Notes under the pieces: generated by a model
Databases searched by the model: none
The model's input: only the letters and a program-made list of their open reading frames with translations
Told to the model about the DNA's origin: nothing
Position numbers and translations under genes: made by a program
Source of the DNA: the human T2T-CHM13v2.0 reference genome, Homo sapiens
Reading direction: 5' to 3' (one strand)
Assembly (NCBI RefSeq): GCF_009914755.1
Contig: NC_060935.1
Length of the DNA: 64,000 bases
Shown: positions 27,475 to 58,279 of the stretch, piece after piece
Position numbering within the stretch: position 1 is the first letter of the stretch
How the letters are laid out: each line of letters opens with the position of its first letter

Positions 27475-28165
27475 TGATCCACCCGCCTTGGCCTCCCAAA
27501 GTGCTGGGATTACAGGCGTGAGCCACCGCGCCCGGCTAAGAACACATCTTCTTTGGCACATTTTATATAAACTTGGGAAGCAAGAAATCCTGAACTGCCT
27601 ATCAGATATTAGCATTTTATAGATGAGAACCATTCAACAACTTTTGGAACATTTTCCATACGATTACCCTTTCTTAATTGGAAATGACATAGACATACGA
27701 TAAGCGTCCAACATGATTTTAAGATTTTAAATTATACAAAAGTTTACTTACAAGAATGTATCTCATTTGTATGTACCCAATTTTCCCATTTTTAATCGTT
27801 TATTTAGATTACTTCTGAAAACTGAGATATTACACAAAGGTGGTCATTATTTAAAATTATTTCCCTGTTAACCATTTTTAAAGGCTGTGAGCATTGGGTG
27901 TTTAAGAATCTTAAAGTCAAACACATAGGCATTCTGTTGATAACTCAGAAGATTTAGCTGTTTTCATTGAACTAGTAATAACAAATTAGTCTCATTTGTT
28001 AAAAAAAAAAATACAGACTCACCACTTTATAAAAGATAGCTGAATCCACACTATTCTTTCATGAAATTGGGATGTTTACATGGCTAAATAAACTTTGTTC
28101 ATCCTGGTATATAATCCAATGAAAGCTATGAACTAAAATTTGGGTAGGCCAGGCGTGGTGGCTCA

Positions 28166-28440
<275 letters not shown>

Positions 28441-29097
28441 TTAAAAAAAATTTTGGGTAAAGCAGTCTCTGTGGCGGTTTGGTCTTTAAAAACACCTCTT
28501 TTGCCCGTTTTTCCTTCAGTTTCAAATTCGTTTCTAGCATTCACATTCTAGCTAGTCCGCAAACAATGAGTCTTATCTCAGCACCAGCAGCTTAGTAACA
28601 GCAGATGTAAAGCAGGCAGAAAAGAAGACAGAGAAAGCCAACCTGGCAGGCCTCTGCATAGGAGCCGGGATTCACAAGTGGGACACGAGAAAGAAAGGGG
28701 AGGAAGAAAAAAAGGTAAAGTGACCGAAAGGAAACTCATGAGCCTTCCAGCCACCATAGTTAGTAGACGTTGGCTCAGCCTTTCGCGAGCGCCTCACTTC
28801 TCACTTCCTGGACAGGAAGCACAGCAGGTTTATCCAGATGAACTGAGGTCAGGTGGTGCGGGGAGGGGCAGGGAGATGGCCATCCAGAATACCACTGCCC
28901 CCCAAGCCCGGGGCTGAGATGAGCGAAGATGTGCCTCTGTTGGGGACCAGGAGGCGGGTATTCAGGAATGCTACCTGGCACCTGGCTGGAAAAGAAAAGC
29001 CAGTTCCCTGTAAGGAGTGTTCCCAATGTTCTGTCTATGATGGCCTTGTTATTTTATTACCTTTAGAAATTGAGTCCTGTTCTTGTTACAGCAGTCA

Positions 29098-29623
<526 letters not shown>

Positions 29624-30169
29624 TCACATTTGCAAACAAACAATGTGCTTCCCAATGAGTCTCCAATTGACGGGCTGGGTAAGGCCCTGAATCCCCCTCC
29701 TCAGATCCAAATGGCTTCATGGGTAGTTGAGTTTGAGCTAAGCAAAGCTCTTATGGTTCCACATGCACAAACAAATATAAATGCATAAAATGCTCAAATG
29801 GTGTCAATAGCAGCCAAATCTTAAGTAGAGCAGGGCCCCCAGTGACACTGCAAAAGAGGTAGAGGGTGGTCAGATGCACTCCAAATAACTCACCCAGTTC
29901 CAAAGTTTGCTGTCTTCTTCAGAGGTCACTTGCTTTGTACCAGTGAAACACTGAAGGTGGCAGATGTCATGCTGGGAGGTGAAAGGAAGACTCTTCCAAA
30001 AACAAAAGCATTTTTGGCAGCTGCCGGGAAGTTCCATGATGTTCCTGTCGCTAGCTATGAGCGGCTGGCACTCACAGGTGACCCCATGCCTCACCCAGGA
30101 GCATAACTAGGCTATCCAGCTCAGACTCACCTAGGGCGGGCAGCACTTCCCCATATGGGTCACCAAAAT

Positions 30170-30825
30170 TGTAACTGAAATGCAGGTTCAGTTGCTTGCT
30201 GCTTGCAGAGTCCAGTTAATGAGAGTAAGGTCTGGTATAAAGAAAGAGACTTTTTATTCCAAAGCTAACTTAGGGGAAGAAGTACAGGCTTCCTGCCTTA
30301 AGGGCAGTACTTTGGCTTTGGAGCAGAAAGCGGGCTCTTTTAATGTGGGAGAGGAAGCAAGCAGGTGCGGGATCTGCTGACTCCCTTTGGTGCCTTATCT
30401 ACTGGGCAGTCACGTTGGTAACTGCTGGCATCTTCATGGGTTGTAAAAGTGGCCAAAGACTTTCCAGGTGGGAGACAGTCTTGTAGTGGGCATACTTGAG
30501 GTCGTAGATGGACTGTTGTCTCTGGAGGCAACCTCCTAGTGGGAGAGAGTTTCATAGTGGGCATACTTTGGGTTGCAAATGGACTGTTATCTCTGAGACA
30601 GTCGCTTGGTGGGAGAGCGTTCTGCCCTGGAGCCTCTAAGCACATGGTTAGATGAACTTGTCCTGTGGGGAGTGTCTGGTGAAGGGGAGCTGAAAGGTTA
30701 TAATTGCATTGGTTAATTAGGAAGTGGCGAATAGGAGAAATGGAGAAAAGAGAAAAGAAGAGAAAAGAAAAAAATAATAGTAACTTATTCTCTTTTTCTA
30801 AGAAAAATGGGAATACTTGGTTAAA
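30170..30825 (-). mobile_element. 5' LTR of the outer provirus
   Basis: Direct repeat of 18434-19152, followed on minus by a PBS-like sequence. Confidence 0.85.
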
Positions 30826-31704
30826 ATCACAGCACTTTTTTGGGAGACTGAGGCAGGCTTGGTGGCACGCAGCTGTAATCCCAGCTACTCAGGAGGCTGA
30901 GGTGGGAGAATCACTTGAGCCTGGGAAGTTGGGGCTCCAGAGAGCTGTGATTGTGCCACTGCACCCCAGCCTAGGTGACAGAATTAGACCGTCTCAAAAA
31001 ATAAAATAATAAAAAACCCTGAAAGTTTATTGTCATTATTGATGTACTTACTATTTCCACAAATGATCCAGTTTAACACAGAGTTTAGGTTAATAAAACA
31101 ATGTAAATATTGTCAGTAGCACAATCTAGAGAGCTTCTTTTTTTTTTTTTTTTTTTTTTTTTTGAGACAGAGTCTTGCTCTGTTGCCCAGGCTGGAGTGC
31201 AGTGGTGTGATCTTGGCTCACTGACACCTCCGCCTCCTGGGTTCATGCGATTCTCTTGCCTCAGCCACCCTAGTAGCTGGGGTTACAGGCGCCTGCCACC
31301 AAGCCTGGCTCATTTTTGTATTTTTAGTAGAGATGGGGTTTCACCATGTTGGCCAGGCTGGTCTGGACCTCCTAACCTCAAGTGATCTGCCCGCCTCAGC
31401 CTCCCAAAGTGCTGGGATTACAGGCATGAGCCACTGTGCCCAGCCCCAGATAGCTTTTTTTGTTGGAGATGTTTGTTCTAAGAGGGAAGAAACTAGGCCT
31501 GAAGCCTTTCTGTGTGCATAAGCGACTTGGAATCAAGATATGTGTCATTTTGTATTTAACACAAATGAGAAACATCGGTACCAGTTATGGATTTAATATC
31601 TGTTTCTGCAGCTCTTTTAAAAATACCACCTTTTGCATCTCTGGATATTGCTCTCCACTCCCCATGATTATTTGGAAGTATATGAATCCAAATTGTATGA
31701 AATT

Positions 31705-32016
31705 GCCGGGCACACCCCCATGGTGGCAAACGTCTACAGTTCTAGCTACTGGGAAGCCTGAGGCGGGAGGCTCGCTTCAGCCCTGGAGTTCTAGGCTACA
31801 GTGCACTATGCCCATTGGGTGTCTGCACCAAGTTCAGCTTCAATAGGGTGACCTTCTGGGAGCAGGACCACCACGTTGCCTAAGAGGGGTGAACCTGTCC
31901 AAGTCGGAAAGGAGTGGGTCCAAACTCCTGAGCTGATCAGTAGTGGGATCGTGCCTGTGAGCAGCCGCAGTACTCCAGCCTGAGCAACATAGCAAGACCC
32001 TGTCTCTTAAAAAAAA
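31705..32016 (+). pseudogene. RN7SL309P: Full-length 7SL (SRP) RNA retropseudogene
   Basis: Alu domain plus S-domain (GTGCACTATGCC...GGTGACC...GTTGCCTAAGAGGGGTGAACC...GTCGGAAA...CTGATCAGTAGTGGGATC), short A tail, many substitutions. The number is from recalled annotation. Confidence 0.88.
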
Positions 32017-32164
32017 TTATATCATACTAGAAAAGTGCACTTTGGGTATCTAAAGAAGCACTCACACACCTTTCTGTCTGCCAACCAGTTTGTTTACTTT
32101 ACATGTGGTCCGTCCTGGTTCACTGGGCCCTAGGAACCAGCCCCCGCTGGCCCATCTCCAGCAC

Positions 32165-32715
32165 AGTAACAATAGCCAATGTTTATTGAGTCTAGGCTGT
32201 GTGCCAGATGTTGATCTAAAATAGATGTTGCTCTAAATAATAGGCTATTGTTTGAGGCTGAGTGCAGTGGGTGATGCCTATAATCCCAGCACTTTGGAGG
32301 TCGCAGCGGTAGGATTGCTTCAGGTCAGGAGTTTGAGACCAGCTGGGGCAACAAACTGAGACCCTGTTTATACAAAAACAAAGAAACCCAGAAATGAGCA
32401 GGGCGTGGTGGTGGTGCACATCTGTGGTCCCACCTACTCGGGAGGCTGAGGTGGGAGGATCGCTTGAGCCCAGGAGTTTGAGTTTGCAGCAAGCCACTGC
32501 ACTCCAGCTTGGGTTACAGAGCAAGACCCGGACTCAAGGGGAAAAAAAAAGGTTATTATTTGAATCTAATGCTTACAGCCAGCCTTTGAGGTGATACCAT
32601 TAGTACCTTCACATTGTAGATGAGGTAACAGGTTTAGAGACATTGAGTAGCATGCCCAAATCATGCAGATTAATGGAGGACCCAGGATTTAAACCTAGAT
32701 CCGTCTGACTGCCAT
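32165..32715 (-). mobile_element. MIR split by an Alu
   Basis: GTTTATTGAG..TGTGCCAG; GTAGATGAGGTAACAGGTTTAGAGA...GCCCAA..CCCAGGATTTAAACCTAG. Confidence 0.65.
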
Positions 32716-33874
32716 CTCTCTCTCTCTCTTTCACATTAAAAAAAAAAAAAAAAAAAAAAAAGGAGACGGGGGATGGCTATGTTGCCCAGGCTGATCCTGA
32801 AATCCTAGGCTCAAGCGATCCTCCCACCTCAGCCTGCCAGGTAGCTGGGACTACAGGCCCACACCACTATCCCTGGCTAATTTTTGTATTTTTTGTAGAG
32901 ATGGGGGTTTTTACCATGTTGCCCAGGCGGGTCCTGAACTCCTGGGCTCAAGCGATCCTCCCGCCTTGGCCTCCCAAAGTGTTGGGATTACAGGTGTGAG
33001 CCACTGCTCTTGGCTGAGAGCTGCCATCTCAATTGCCATTACCTACTACAATGGGACCCAGAAGCCTAGTTCTGGACACAGTGGCTGCAAGGACCCTCAG
33101 GGGCCCTTCAGGTCTGCTTGAAGTAAGCCATTTTCCACAGTGTCATTCCGGGTCCACCCCTGGCCCCAGCATGGTCAGCTCAGGTGACTCGATGCTGTCA
33201 GCAGCTCTGGCTGATCAAGGCCCTTTCTGTTGTAGGGTGGAATCCATCCCCCTTTAGCTTCCATGGGATGGTCAGCCTTCTGCCCTTTGGGGCTGTAGAG
33301 AAGACACGTGGCTCCTTCTCACCCTAGGGAATCCCTTCAGATCCTGGCTCGTTCACTCAGCAGATATTTACTGTGTGTCCACAATGTGCCCAGGATAGAG
33401 GAGTGGACAAGAAGAAGTCATAAGGCCTGGTGGAGTTGACATTTTAAAGAGACAGAAAGTAAGTCCCATGTTGGCAGAGACAGGCCCCACCCCCTTGATC
33501 TAGAGCCTCTCTGGATCATTCCAGCTTTCTAGATCGGAGACCCATTGGAAATGTGGTCCCAGATAAGGTAGCCACATGAAGAATAGGGCCATGGGGCTGG
33601 CTGGGGTGACCCCACATAAGAAGCCTTGGCTGGTCCAGGGTTTGGAGAGGCCATATGTCCAGGGCAGTCCTAGAGCTTAATCTGGCCAAATTCCAGTGAA
33701 AAGGAAAAAAAAAAAATCCTGCTTCCCCATCACCAAACACTAAATAAGCAGACAGCGAGACAGGCCTCCCCACCTCCTCCCAAACTCCAGAGCTCCCTCC
33801 CTGTCTGCTGCCTCCTTTAGCCAGCGCCCGTGGGCATTTCTGACCAAACTCACATTCTGCCTTCTCCAGCCTGA

Positions 33875-34206
<332 letters not shown>

Positions 34207-34424
34207 ATGGCTTACCTATTCTCAAGACATATTCCTCCCCACTCTCAGACTCTCCCCCTATCTCAGGCCTCTTTTACCTCCCAAATCTCTCTCCACCCCT
34301 GCCAGGGTCCAAAATCAAGCATCAGCGCTGTTCCCCGCCCGACTTCCACCCTCCCTCACTCCCCTCAACCCGATTCTAACAGACACCCAAACAGGAGAAC
34401 ACAGTGTGAGATTACATCACAGCT

Positions 34425-34512
34425 CACACACACACACACACAGACACACACAGACGCACAAACACACAGACACACACACACACACACACACAGACACACA
34501 CACACACACACA
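34425..34512 (+). repeat. Interrupted (CA)n microsatellite
   Basis: CA run with GA/CG interruptions. Confidence 0.9.
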
Positions 34513-35089
34513 GATTTCCTGTTGTCCTGTGACCCTCCCACTCCAGTCCCTGACTCAGGACACAGTAGAACAAAAGAACTCACGATGCCGGTTTCAGTGT
34601 CATAAACAATAGATATGGGCCGGCACAGTGGCTCATGCCTGTAATCTCGGCACTTTGGGAGGCCGAGGCGGGTGGATGGCTCGAGGCCAGGAGTTCCAGA
34701 CCCACCTAGGCAGCATGGCCAAACTCTGTCTCTATAAAAAATACAAAGATTAGCCAGGTGTGGTGACATGTACCTTTGGTCCCAGATACTTAGGAGGCTG
34801 AGCGGGGAGGATCACCTGAGCCCTGAAGGTTGAGGCTGCAGTGAGCCATGATCACACCACTGCACTCCAGCCTGGGAGACAGAGTGAGATGCTGTCTAAA
34901 AAACAGAACAAAACAAAAACTCCCCCAAACCCAAAAAGATTTGGAAGAATAAATGCTCAGATATTGAGCCAGTCACCTTACCACTGCCCACCAAGGTGAT
35001 TATGAAAGGATGAGGAAAGGGGAAGAGAGGAACAGCAGAGGTTGTAGAAAGGAGCAGAGGAGTTGGGGTGTCCCCAGGAAGAGCCCATG

Positions 35090-36860
<1,771 letters not shown>

Positions 36861-36889
36861 AAACAAGACCTGCTGGTCTCCTCTCTTGA

Positions 36890-37870
36890 TTTTAACACTA
36901 TTAATTCTCTGATTTCATGTGTATGGGATGTCTTCCCATTCGTTTGTGTCCTCTTCAATTTCTTTCATCAGTGTTTTGTAGTTTTCATTGTAGAGATAGT
37001 TCACCTTCTTGGTTAGATTTATTCCTAGACTTTTTTTTTTTTTTTTTTTTTTGCAGCAAGATAAATGGGCTTCTTCATTTCTTTCTGAGCTAGCTCATTA
37101 TTGGTATGTAGAAATGCTATTGATTTTTGTATGTTGATTTTGTATCCTGCAACTTTACTGAATTTATTATTAATTCTAGGAGTTTTTTGGTGGAGTCTTT
37201 AGGTTTTCCTAAATATATGATCATATCATCAGCAAGGAGGGATAGTTTGACTTTGTCTTTTTCAATTTGGATGCCACTTATTTCTTTTTCTTGCCTGATT
37301 TCGCTGGCTAGGATTTCCATCACTGTATTGAATAGGGGTGATGAAAGTGGGCATTCTTGTCTTATTCCAGATCTTAGAGAAAAGACTTTCAGATTTTCCC
37401 CATTCAGTGTGATGTTAGCTATGGGTTTGTCATGTCAATAAATTGTTATGAAGTAAGTTCTTTTTTTTTTTTTTGAGATGGAGTCTTGCTGTCGCCCAGG
37501 CTGGAGTGCAGTGGCGCGATCTCGGCTCACTGCAGGCTCCGTCCCCCGGGGTTCACGCCATACTCCTGCCTCAGCCTCCCGAGTAGCTGGGACTACAGGC
37601 GCCCGCTACCTCGCCCGGCTAATTTTTTGTATTTTTAGTAGAGACGGGGTTTCACTGTGTTAGCCAGGATGGTCTCGATCTCCTGACCTCGTGATCCACC
37701 CGCCTCAGCCTCCCAAAGTGCTGGGATTACAGGCGTGAGCCACCGTGCCTGGCCGAAGTAAGTTTTTTCTATTCCTAGTTTGTTTAGAGGTTTTATCATG
37801 AAAGGATATGGAATTTTATTAAATGCAATTTAATAATTGTTTCAATTGAGATAATCATATGGTTTTTGTC
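36890..37870 (-). mobile_element. L1 ORF2 RT fragment split by AluY (37461-37754)
   Basis: EILASEIRQEKEISGIQIEKDKVKLSLLADDMIIYLGKPKDSTKKLLELI. Confidence 0.85.
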
Positions 37871-38314
37871 TGTGTCTCCTGGGCTCAAGTGATCCTCTTG
37901 CATCAGCCTCTTGAGTAGTTAGAACTACAGGTGTATGGCACCACACACGGCTAATATCTTATTTTATTTTTGTAGAGATGGGGTCTTGCTACATTGCCCA
38001 GGCCATTCTCAAATTCCTGCCTCAAGTTATCCTCCTGTCTCAGCCTCCCAAAGTGCTGGGATTACAGGTGTGAGCCATTGAATTTCTGTATACCATTTAG
38101 AATCAGCTTGTCAATTTCTACCAATCCAGTCTGCTGAAATTTTGATTGGTATTCTTGTTTGAATCTATAAAACTGAATCTCAATTCTCAAAATGAGAAAG
38201 GCTTCTTGGAAGCAGTACATATTTTAATCAAATGTATATCTAGAATATGTCATTAACTGTTGCCATGGAGCAATGTGATATAATCTGAACAACTGTTAAA
38301 ATCAAACCCTTAAT

Positions 38315-39290
<976 letters not shown>

Positions 39291-39735
39291 AGAGAGGCCA
39301 GGTGCGGTGGCTCATGCCTGTCTGAAAGGAATTTCTCCTTTCAGTTCTGTCAGTTTTTGCTTCATGCGTTTTGAATTATTGAATGCATACTGTTATGACT
39401 TTGATGTTTTCTTAATGAAATAACTCCTTTATAAAGATAAAATGTCTCTTTTAATTCTCAGTAGTATTCTTTGTTTCTCATATGGTGCTCACCCATCAAG
39501 TCAAATGACTGATGTATCTCCAGGTCATCCTGTCCTTGCCCTCCAGCTCCACCTTGGATGGGAGTCTACATCTCAAAAGTTCCTGAGATTATGTTCCCTA
39601 CCGCCCTAGGCATGATGGATCTCAAATCAGAGATTAAGTTTAGTTATGGAGAAAATAAAGAAATAAAATTAAGAAAGTAAAAGTTCTCTGCTTTGTTGTG
39701 TTATGACTACTGGCTGGAGGCTGCATGCTCTTTAA

Positions 39736-40124
<389 letters not shown>

Positions 40125-40149
40125 TAATTCGGCAGGAAAGGGTGGAATT

Positions 40150-42185
<2,036 letters not shown>

Positions 42186-42270
42186 AAAAAAACATGTATT
42201 ATGAGCTGGGCGCAGTGGCTCATGCCTGTAATCCCAGCATTTTGGGAGGCTGAGGTGGGCAAATTACTTG

Positions 42271-43412
42271 TGTGGGCGGCAAGCCACCCAGGCGACGAGG
42301 CAAGAGACAGAGGACACAAACTGTTCCAGCATAATAAAATATAAAACAAGAACAGTTATACCAGATATAGATCTTAAATATGATTATATATATCATTAAT
42401 TAGTTTGTAGCAATTACTTTTTATTCCAATATTATAATAATCCTCGCTCTATAATCATAGCCTAGGAAAAACCAGGCAATACAGAGATAGGAGCTGAGGG
42501 GACATAGTGAGGTGTGACCAGAAGACAAGAGTGCAAGCTTTCTGTTATGCCCGGACAGGGCCACCAGAGGGCTCCTTGGTCTAGCGGTGACACCAGCGTC
42601 TGGGAAGACGCCCGTTGCCAGGCAGATGGTGGTCTAGCGGTAGCGTAAGTGTCAAGGGAAAACACCTGCTACTTAGCAGACCAGGAAACGGAGTCTCCTT
42701 TTCCCCGGAGGAGTTTAGAGAAGACTCTGCTCCTCCACCTCTTGTGGAGGGCCTGACATCGGTCAGGCCTGCGGACCGTGGTCTAGCAGTAGCGTAAGTG
42801 TCAAGGGAAAACACCTGCTACTTAGCAGACCGGGAAAGGGAGTCTCCTTTTCCCTGCAGGAGTTTAGAGAAGACTCTGCTCCTCCACCTCTTGTGGAGGG
42901 CCTGACATCAGTCAGGCCTGCCCGCAGTTATCCAGAGGCCTGTCTCCCTGTGATGCTGTGCTTCAGTGGTCACGCTCCTAGTCCGCCTTCATGTTCTATC
43001 CTGTACACCTGGCTCTGCCTTCTAGATAGCAGTAGTAAATTAGTGAAAGTACTAAAAGTGTCTGATATGCAGAAATAATGGCATAAGCTGTCTTTCTCTG
43101 TCTCCTCTCCCTCTCTGCCTTGGCTGCCAGGGAGGGAAGGGCCCCCTGTCCAGTGGACACGTGACCCACGTGACCTTACCTATCATTGGAGATGACTCAC
43201 ATTCTTTACCCTGCCCCTTCTGCCTTGTATCCAATAAATAACAGCGCAGCCAGACATTCGGGGCCACTGCCGGTCTCCGCGCATTGGTGGTAGTGGTCCC
43301 CCGGGCCCAGCTGCCTTTTCGTTTATCTCTTTGTCTTGCATCTTTATTTCTACACTCTCTCGATGCCGCACATGGGGAGAGACCCACTGACCCTGTGGGG
43401 CTGGTCCCTACA
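42271..43412 (+). mobile_element. LTR13 (HERV-K13/ERVK) solo LTR inserted in an Alu
   Basis: TGTGGGCGGCAAGCCACCCAGG...GGGGCTGGTCCCTACA; TSD ACTTG/GCTTG; the Alu continues on both sides. Confidence 0.88.
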
Positions 43413-43659
43413 GCTTGAGTCTAGGAGTTCAAGACAAGCCTGGCCAATATGGCGAAACCCCATCTCCACAGAAAATACAAAAATGAGCCAGGCATGGTGG
43501 TGCATGACTGGAGTAGTCCCAGCTACTCCAGAGGCTGAGGTGAGAGGATCACTTGAGCCTGGGAGGTGGAGGCTTCAGTGAGCCAAGATGGCACCACTGC
43601 ACCCCAGCCTGAGCAACAGAATGAGACCCCGTCTCAAAAACAAACATGTATTATGACCA

Positions 43660-44096
43660 TATATTCATCAGAGTTCAGAGAAACAGAAGCAATGGGAGAT
43701 TTTATATAGATATATATGGAGAGAGAGAGAGAGACATATATGAAACTGGTCCATGCAATCATGGCGGCTGAGGCTGGGGAGTCCCACAATCTGTTGTCTG
43801 TAGCTGGAGACCCAGGAAAGCTGGAGGTGTAAGTTCCAGTCTGAGGTTAGGAGATTGGTGTCCTAGCTCCAGCAGTCAGACAGAGAGAGAAAACGCTCTC
43901 TTCCTTCACCTTTTTGTGCTATTCAGTCTCTGACTATGATGCTCACCTGCACTGGGGAGGGTCCTCTGCTTTCCTCAATCTATCCATTCAAATGCTAATA
44001 TCATCTGAAAACACCCCAAAGACACACCCAGGAATAATGTTTAATCAATTATCTGGGTACCCCATAACCCAGTCTATACTTAAAATTAACCATCAA
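43660..44096 (-). mobile_element. MLT2D-like LTR
   Basis: Ends TAAAATTAACCATCA; typical GACACACCCAGGAATAATGTTTAA segment. Confidence 0.7.
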
Positions 44097-45244
44097 GACT
44101 ATATATGCATTTATAGAAAAATATATATGAAATGTATCTAAAAACATTTTAAATTTAAAAGTCAGCCCTCCCTCAGAGTGGTCTCACCCCACGGACAAGG
44201 GAGTTTACCCTCCAACTCCCATCAGGCATTGGCTGAGAGTTGCTTCAGGAGGTGTTAACTCGTCACACTTCTGGCCTTCCAGATGCATAGGCTGGACATA
44301 CTCCTGCAGCCAGGGGAAGCCCCAAACAAAGTTGCAGGTATATGTGTGAGATACCTTGATCAGGGATGTGGGGGATGGGGGCAGAGCACTATCAGACATG
44401 TTGCGTTTTTGCAACAATGGGCATAAGAAGGATATTTGAAAATCTTTAAGCACACTATTAGTGGTTAAGAAGACCTATTGATTTTTGGATGCCCATCATG
44501 TGCTGAATACCATGCCCGACCCCCAAGTGCATCATCTCTAGGTGTTACCATGATTGTCCCTATGATAAAGCAACCCATGTGTCTCCGTGAATTCTGCAAA
44601 CTCTGCTGAAAATGGCAAAATGGAGTTGGGGTCCTCTGTGCTGGTGACATTTAGAATGGAAAGCAAGTGCTATTTTGAAGATGACTCAGTCTGAGGAGGC
44701 GCTAGTTTTCTCAAGCAAACACTTTTGTAACACCCTTCCAGCCAAAACTCTGAGCTAACGTAGAAGGGTGAGTCCTGTCTTTCTCTTTGCTATCCACTTT
44801 GCATGTGGCCCAGCAGGGATGGTGACATTGCTGAGGGTGGACAATCTATACCTGTCCTCTTCTCTCCCAAACTCCAAAAATGTAAGCGCCCTAAGGGCAA
44901 GAGGTCTTTATTTATTTTGAGACAGGGTCTGTCTGTCACTCAGGGTGGAGTGCAGTGGTCGGCTCACTGCAGCCTGGAACTCCTAGGCTCAAGCGATCCT
45001 CCCTCCTCTGCCTCCTGAGTAGCTGGGAACACAAGCGAGGGCCACCGCCACGCCTGGCTAATTAAAAAAAAAAAATTTTGTAGAGACAGAGTCTCGCTCT
45101 GTTGCCGAGGCTGGTCTGTAACTCCTGGGCTCAAGCGATCCTCCCACCTCAGCCTCCCAGTGTTTGGATCACAGCCGTGAGCCACTGGACCAAAAAAAAA
45201 AGAAACCTAATATACAAAACAATGGCAGGGTGCGGTGGCCCTAG

Positions 45245-45448
<204 letters not shown>

Positions 45449-45809
45449 TGAATAGCTAGGACTACAGGCAGATGCCACCACGCCCAGCTAATTTTTGTAT
45501 TTTTAGTAGAGATGTGGTTTCACTATATTGGCCAGGCTGGTCTCGAACTCCTGCCTTGACCTCCCAAAGTGCTGGGATTACAGGAGCGAGCCACTGCGCA
45601 CGGCCTCTTTTTTTTCCTTCTGAGACACAGTCTTGTTCTGTTGCCCAGGCTGGAGTGCAGTGGCACGATCTTGGCTGACTGAGTAGCTGGGATTACAGGC
45701 GGATGCCACCGTGCCCAGCTAACTTTTGTATTTTTAGTAGAGACGGTGTTTTACCATGTTGGCCAGGCTGGTCTTGAACGCCTGACCTCAAGTTGTCCGC
45801 CTGCCTCGG

Positions 45810-46593
<784 letters not shown>

Positions 46594-46632
46594 CTGGGAT
46601 TATAGGCGTAAGCCACCATGTTCAGCCACCTT

Positions 46633-47291
<659 letters not shown>

Positions 47292-47774
47292 CCTTCACAG
47301 TTTTGAGGAGTATTCATGGGGTATTTTGTAAAATGTTTCTCAATTGGGATTTGTCTGATGTTTTTCTCATGATTAGACTGGAGGCAGCTGGGATTACAGG
47401 TGTGAGCCACCATGCCCAGTCTCCAAACCCTGTTTACACAAAAATTTTAAAAAACTAGCCAGGCTTGGTGGTGCGCGCCTGTAGTCCCAGCTACTAGAGA
47501 GCCTGAGGTGGATCACTTGATCCCGGGAGGGGGAGGCTGCAGTGAGCGGAGATTGTGCCTCGCTGGCTGCACTCCAGCCCGGGCGAGAGAGCCAGACCTT
47601 GTCTCAAAAAAAAAAAAAAAAAAAAAAAAAAGCCTAATATGGCTGAGGGCGGTGGCTCACGCCTGTAATCCCAGTACTTTGTGAGGCCGAGGCGGGCGGA
47701 TCACGAGGTCAAGAGCTCTAGACCATCCTGGCCAACATGGTGAAACCCCGCCCGTACTAAAAATACAAAAATTA

Positions 47775-55385
<7,611 letters not shown>

Positions 55386-55740
55386 TGATAGCCCACCCCG
55401 CCCCCACTGCAGCTCCCACAAAGCACTCTAAGGGAGATGGGGCTGAGGACAGCTCAAAAAGGAGAGGACAGGCCTGGCAGGGGCCCACTGGTGCCCAGCA
55501 CCAAGGCGAGCTCCGGGCTCAGACCAACTCCAAGGTCAGCTGGCCACAGGCCCAGGCCTCCTCTGAAGCAGGGACCAGAGGGAGCCAGGCAGCTGTGTAC
55601 AGTGAGAAGGGATCCGGATGGGGGAGCTCTGTACAGAGGGCTGGTGATTGTAAAAATTTCTTTTGTAAAGTAGAAGTTGGGGGTGGGGTGGGTGCTGGCT
55701 GCAAAAATTTCTGGCTTCTCTTACCCCTATTGCCCCCGGC

Positions 55741-55746
55741 AATAAA
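55741..55746 (+). terminator. KAT5 polyadenylation signal AATAAA
   Basis: AATAAA ~400 nt after the stop, with several upstream TGTA elements and a downstream GT/G-rich tract. Confidence 0.85.
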
Positions 55747-55857
55747 TTGTTTCTATATGCCAGAGCCATGCAAAGTTCTTGGTGGGGAGGGGGAAAGGGC
55801 CCATGCTGGCTTAGGGGCTCTAAGGCGCCCAGACTCACAGGTGCTGTGAAGAGCTCC

Positions 55858-55863
55858 TTTATT
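55858..55863 (-). terminator. RNASEH2C proximal polyadenylation signal (AATAAA on minus)
   Basis: TTTATT on plus, ~80 nt beyond the RNASEH2C stop. Confidence 0.75.
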
Positions 55864-55929
55864 GGGGTGATGGAATCGGTTCCAAAGAGCTGGTTTACTG
55901 CTGTGAAGGGATCGCAGCTTTGAATTTCA

Positions 55930-57617
<1,688 letters not shown>

Positions 57618-58279
57618 TGAAAAGTACTCTTTTTATATTGATTAGTAGGTAAGTTATTCATTTTTAGTTTATTAGGGACATCAACCCTTTTCTTAAATGC
57701 ATTGAAAATGTTTTATCTGTGGTCTGTCTTGCAAACCTGTGTAAAGGTGATTTTTGCTGGACAAGGACTTATTTTTGTGGTTGTTTGGTCTTTTAGACAA
57801 GGTCTCACTCGCCTAGGCTGGAGTGCAGTGGTTTGATTGGCTCACTGCAGCCTCGACCTCCCAGGCTTAATCCATCCCCCATCCTCAGCTTCCTGTGTAG
57901 CTGGAACCACAGGCCTGCGCCACCACGCAGCTAATTTTTGTATTTTTGGTAGAGGTGGAGTTTTGCCATGTTGCCCAGGCTGGTCTTGAACTCCTGGACT
58001 CAAGTGATCTGCCCACCTTGGCCTCCCAAATCACGCTGGAATTACAGGCGTGAGCCACTGCACCCAGGACAAAGACTAATTTTTTGTAGTCAAATTTATC
58101 AACACTTTTCAGTCTTTTAGATTTCACAATTTTCTCTCTTTGGTTTCTCAGCTCTTCTCTAATGTTTATTTGTTCAGACACCCAACTTAGATATATTTTT
58201 TCAAGTTCTCACATAAAACAAACACAAAACTGGAAATTTAGATTTAAATTGCGTTTAATTTATACATCCCTGCACATCT

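Noticed and set aside
31705-32016. Functional SRP RNA gene
   Set aside because: 5' insertion, heavy CpG decay, an A tail instead of a T-run terminator and no recognisable upstream 7SL promoter
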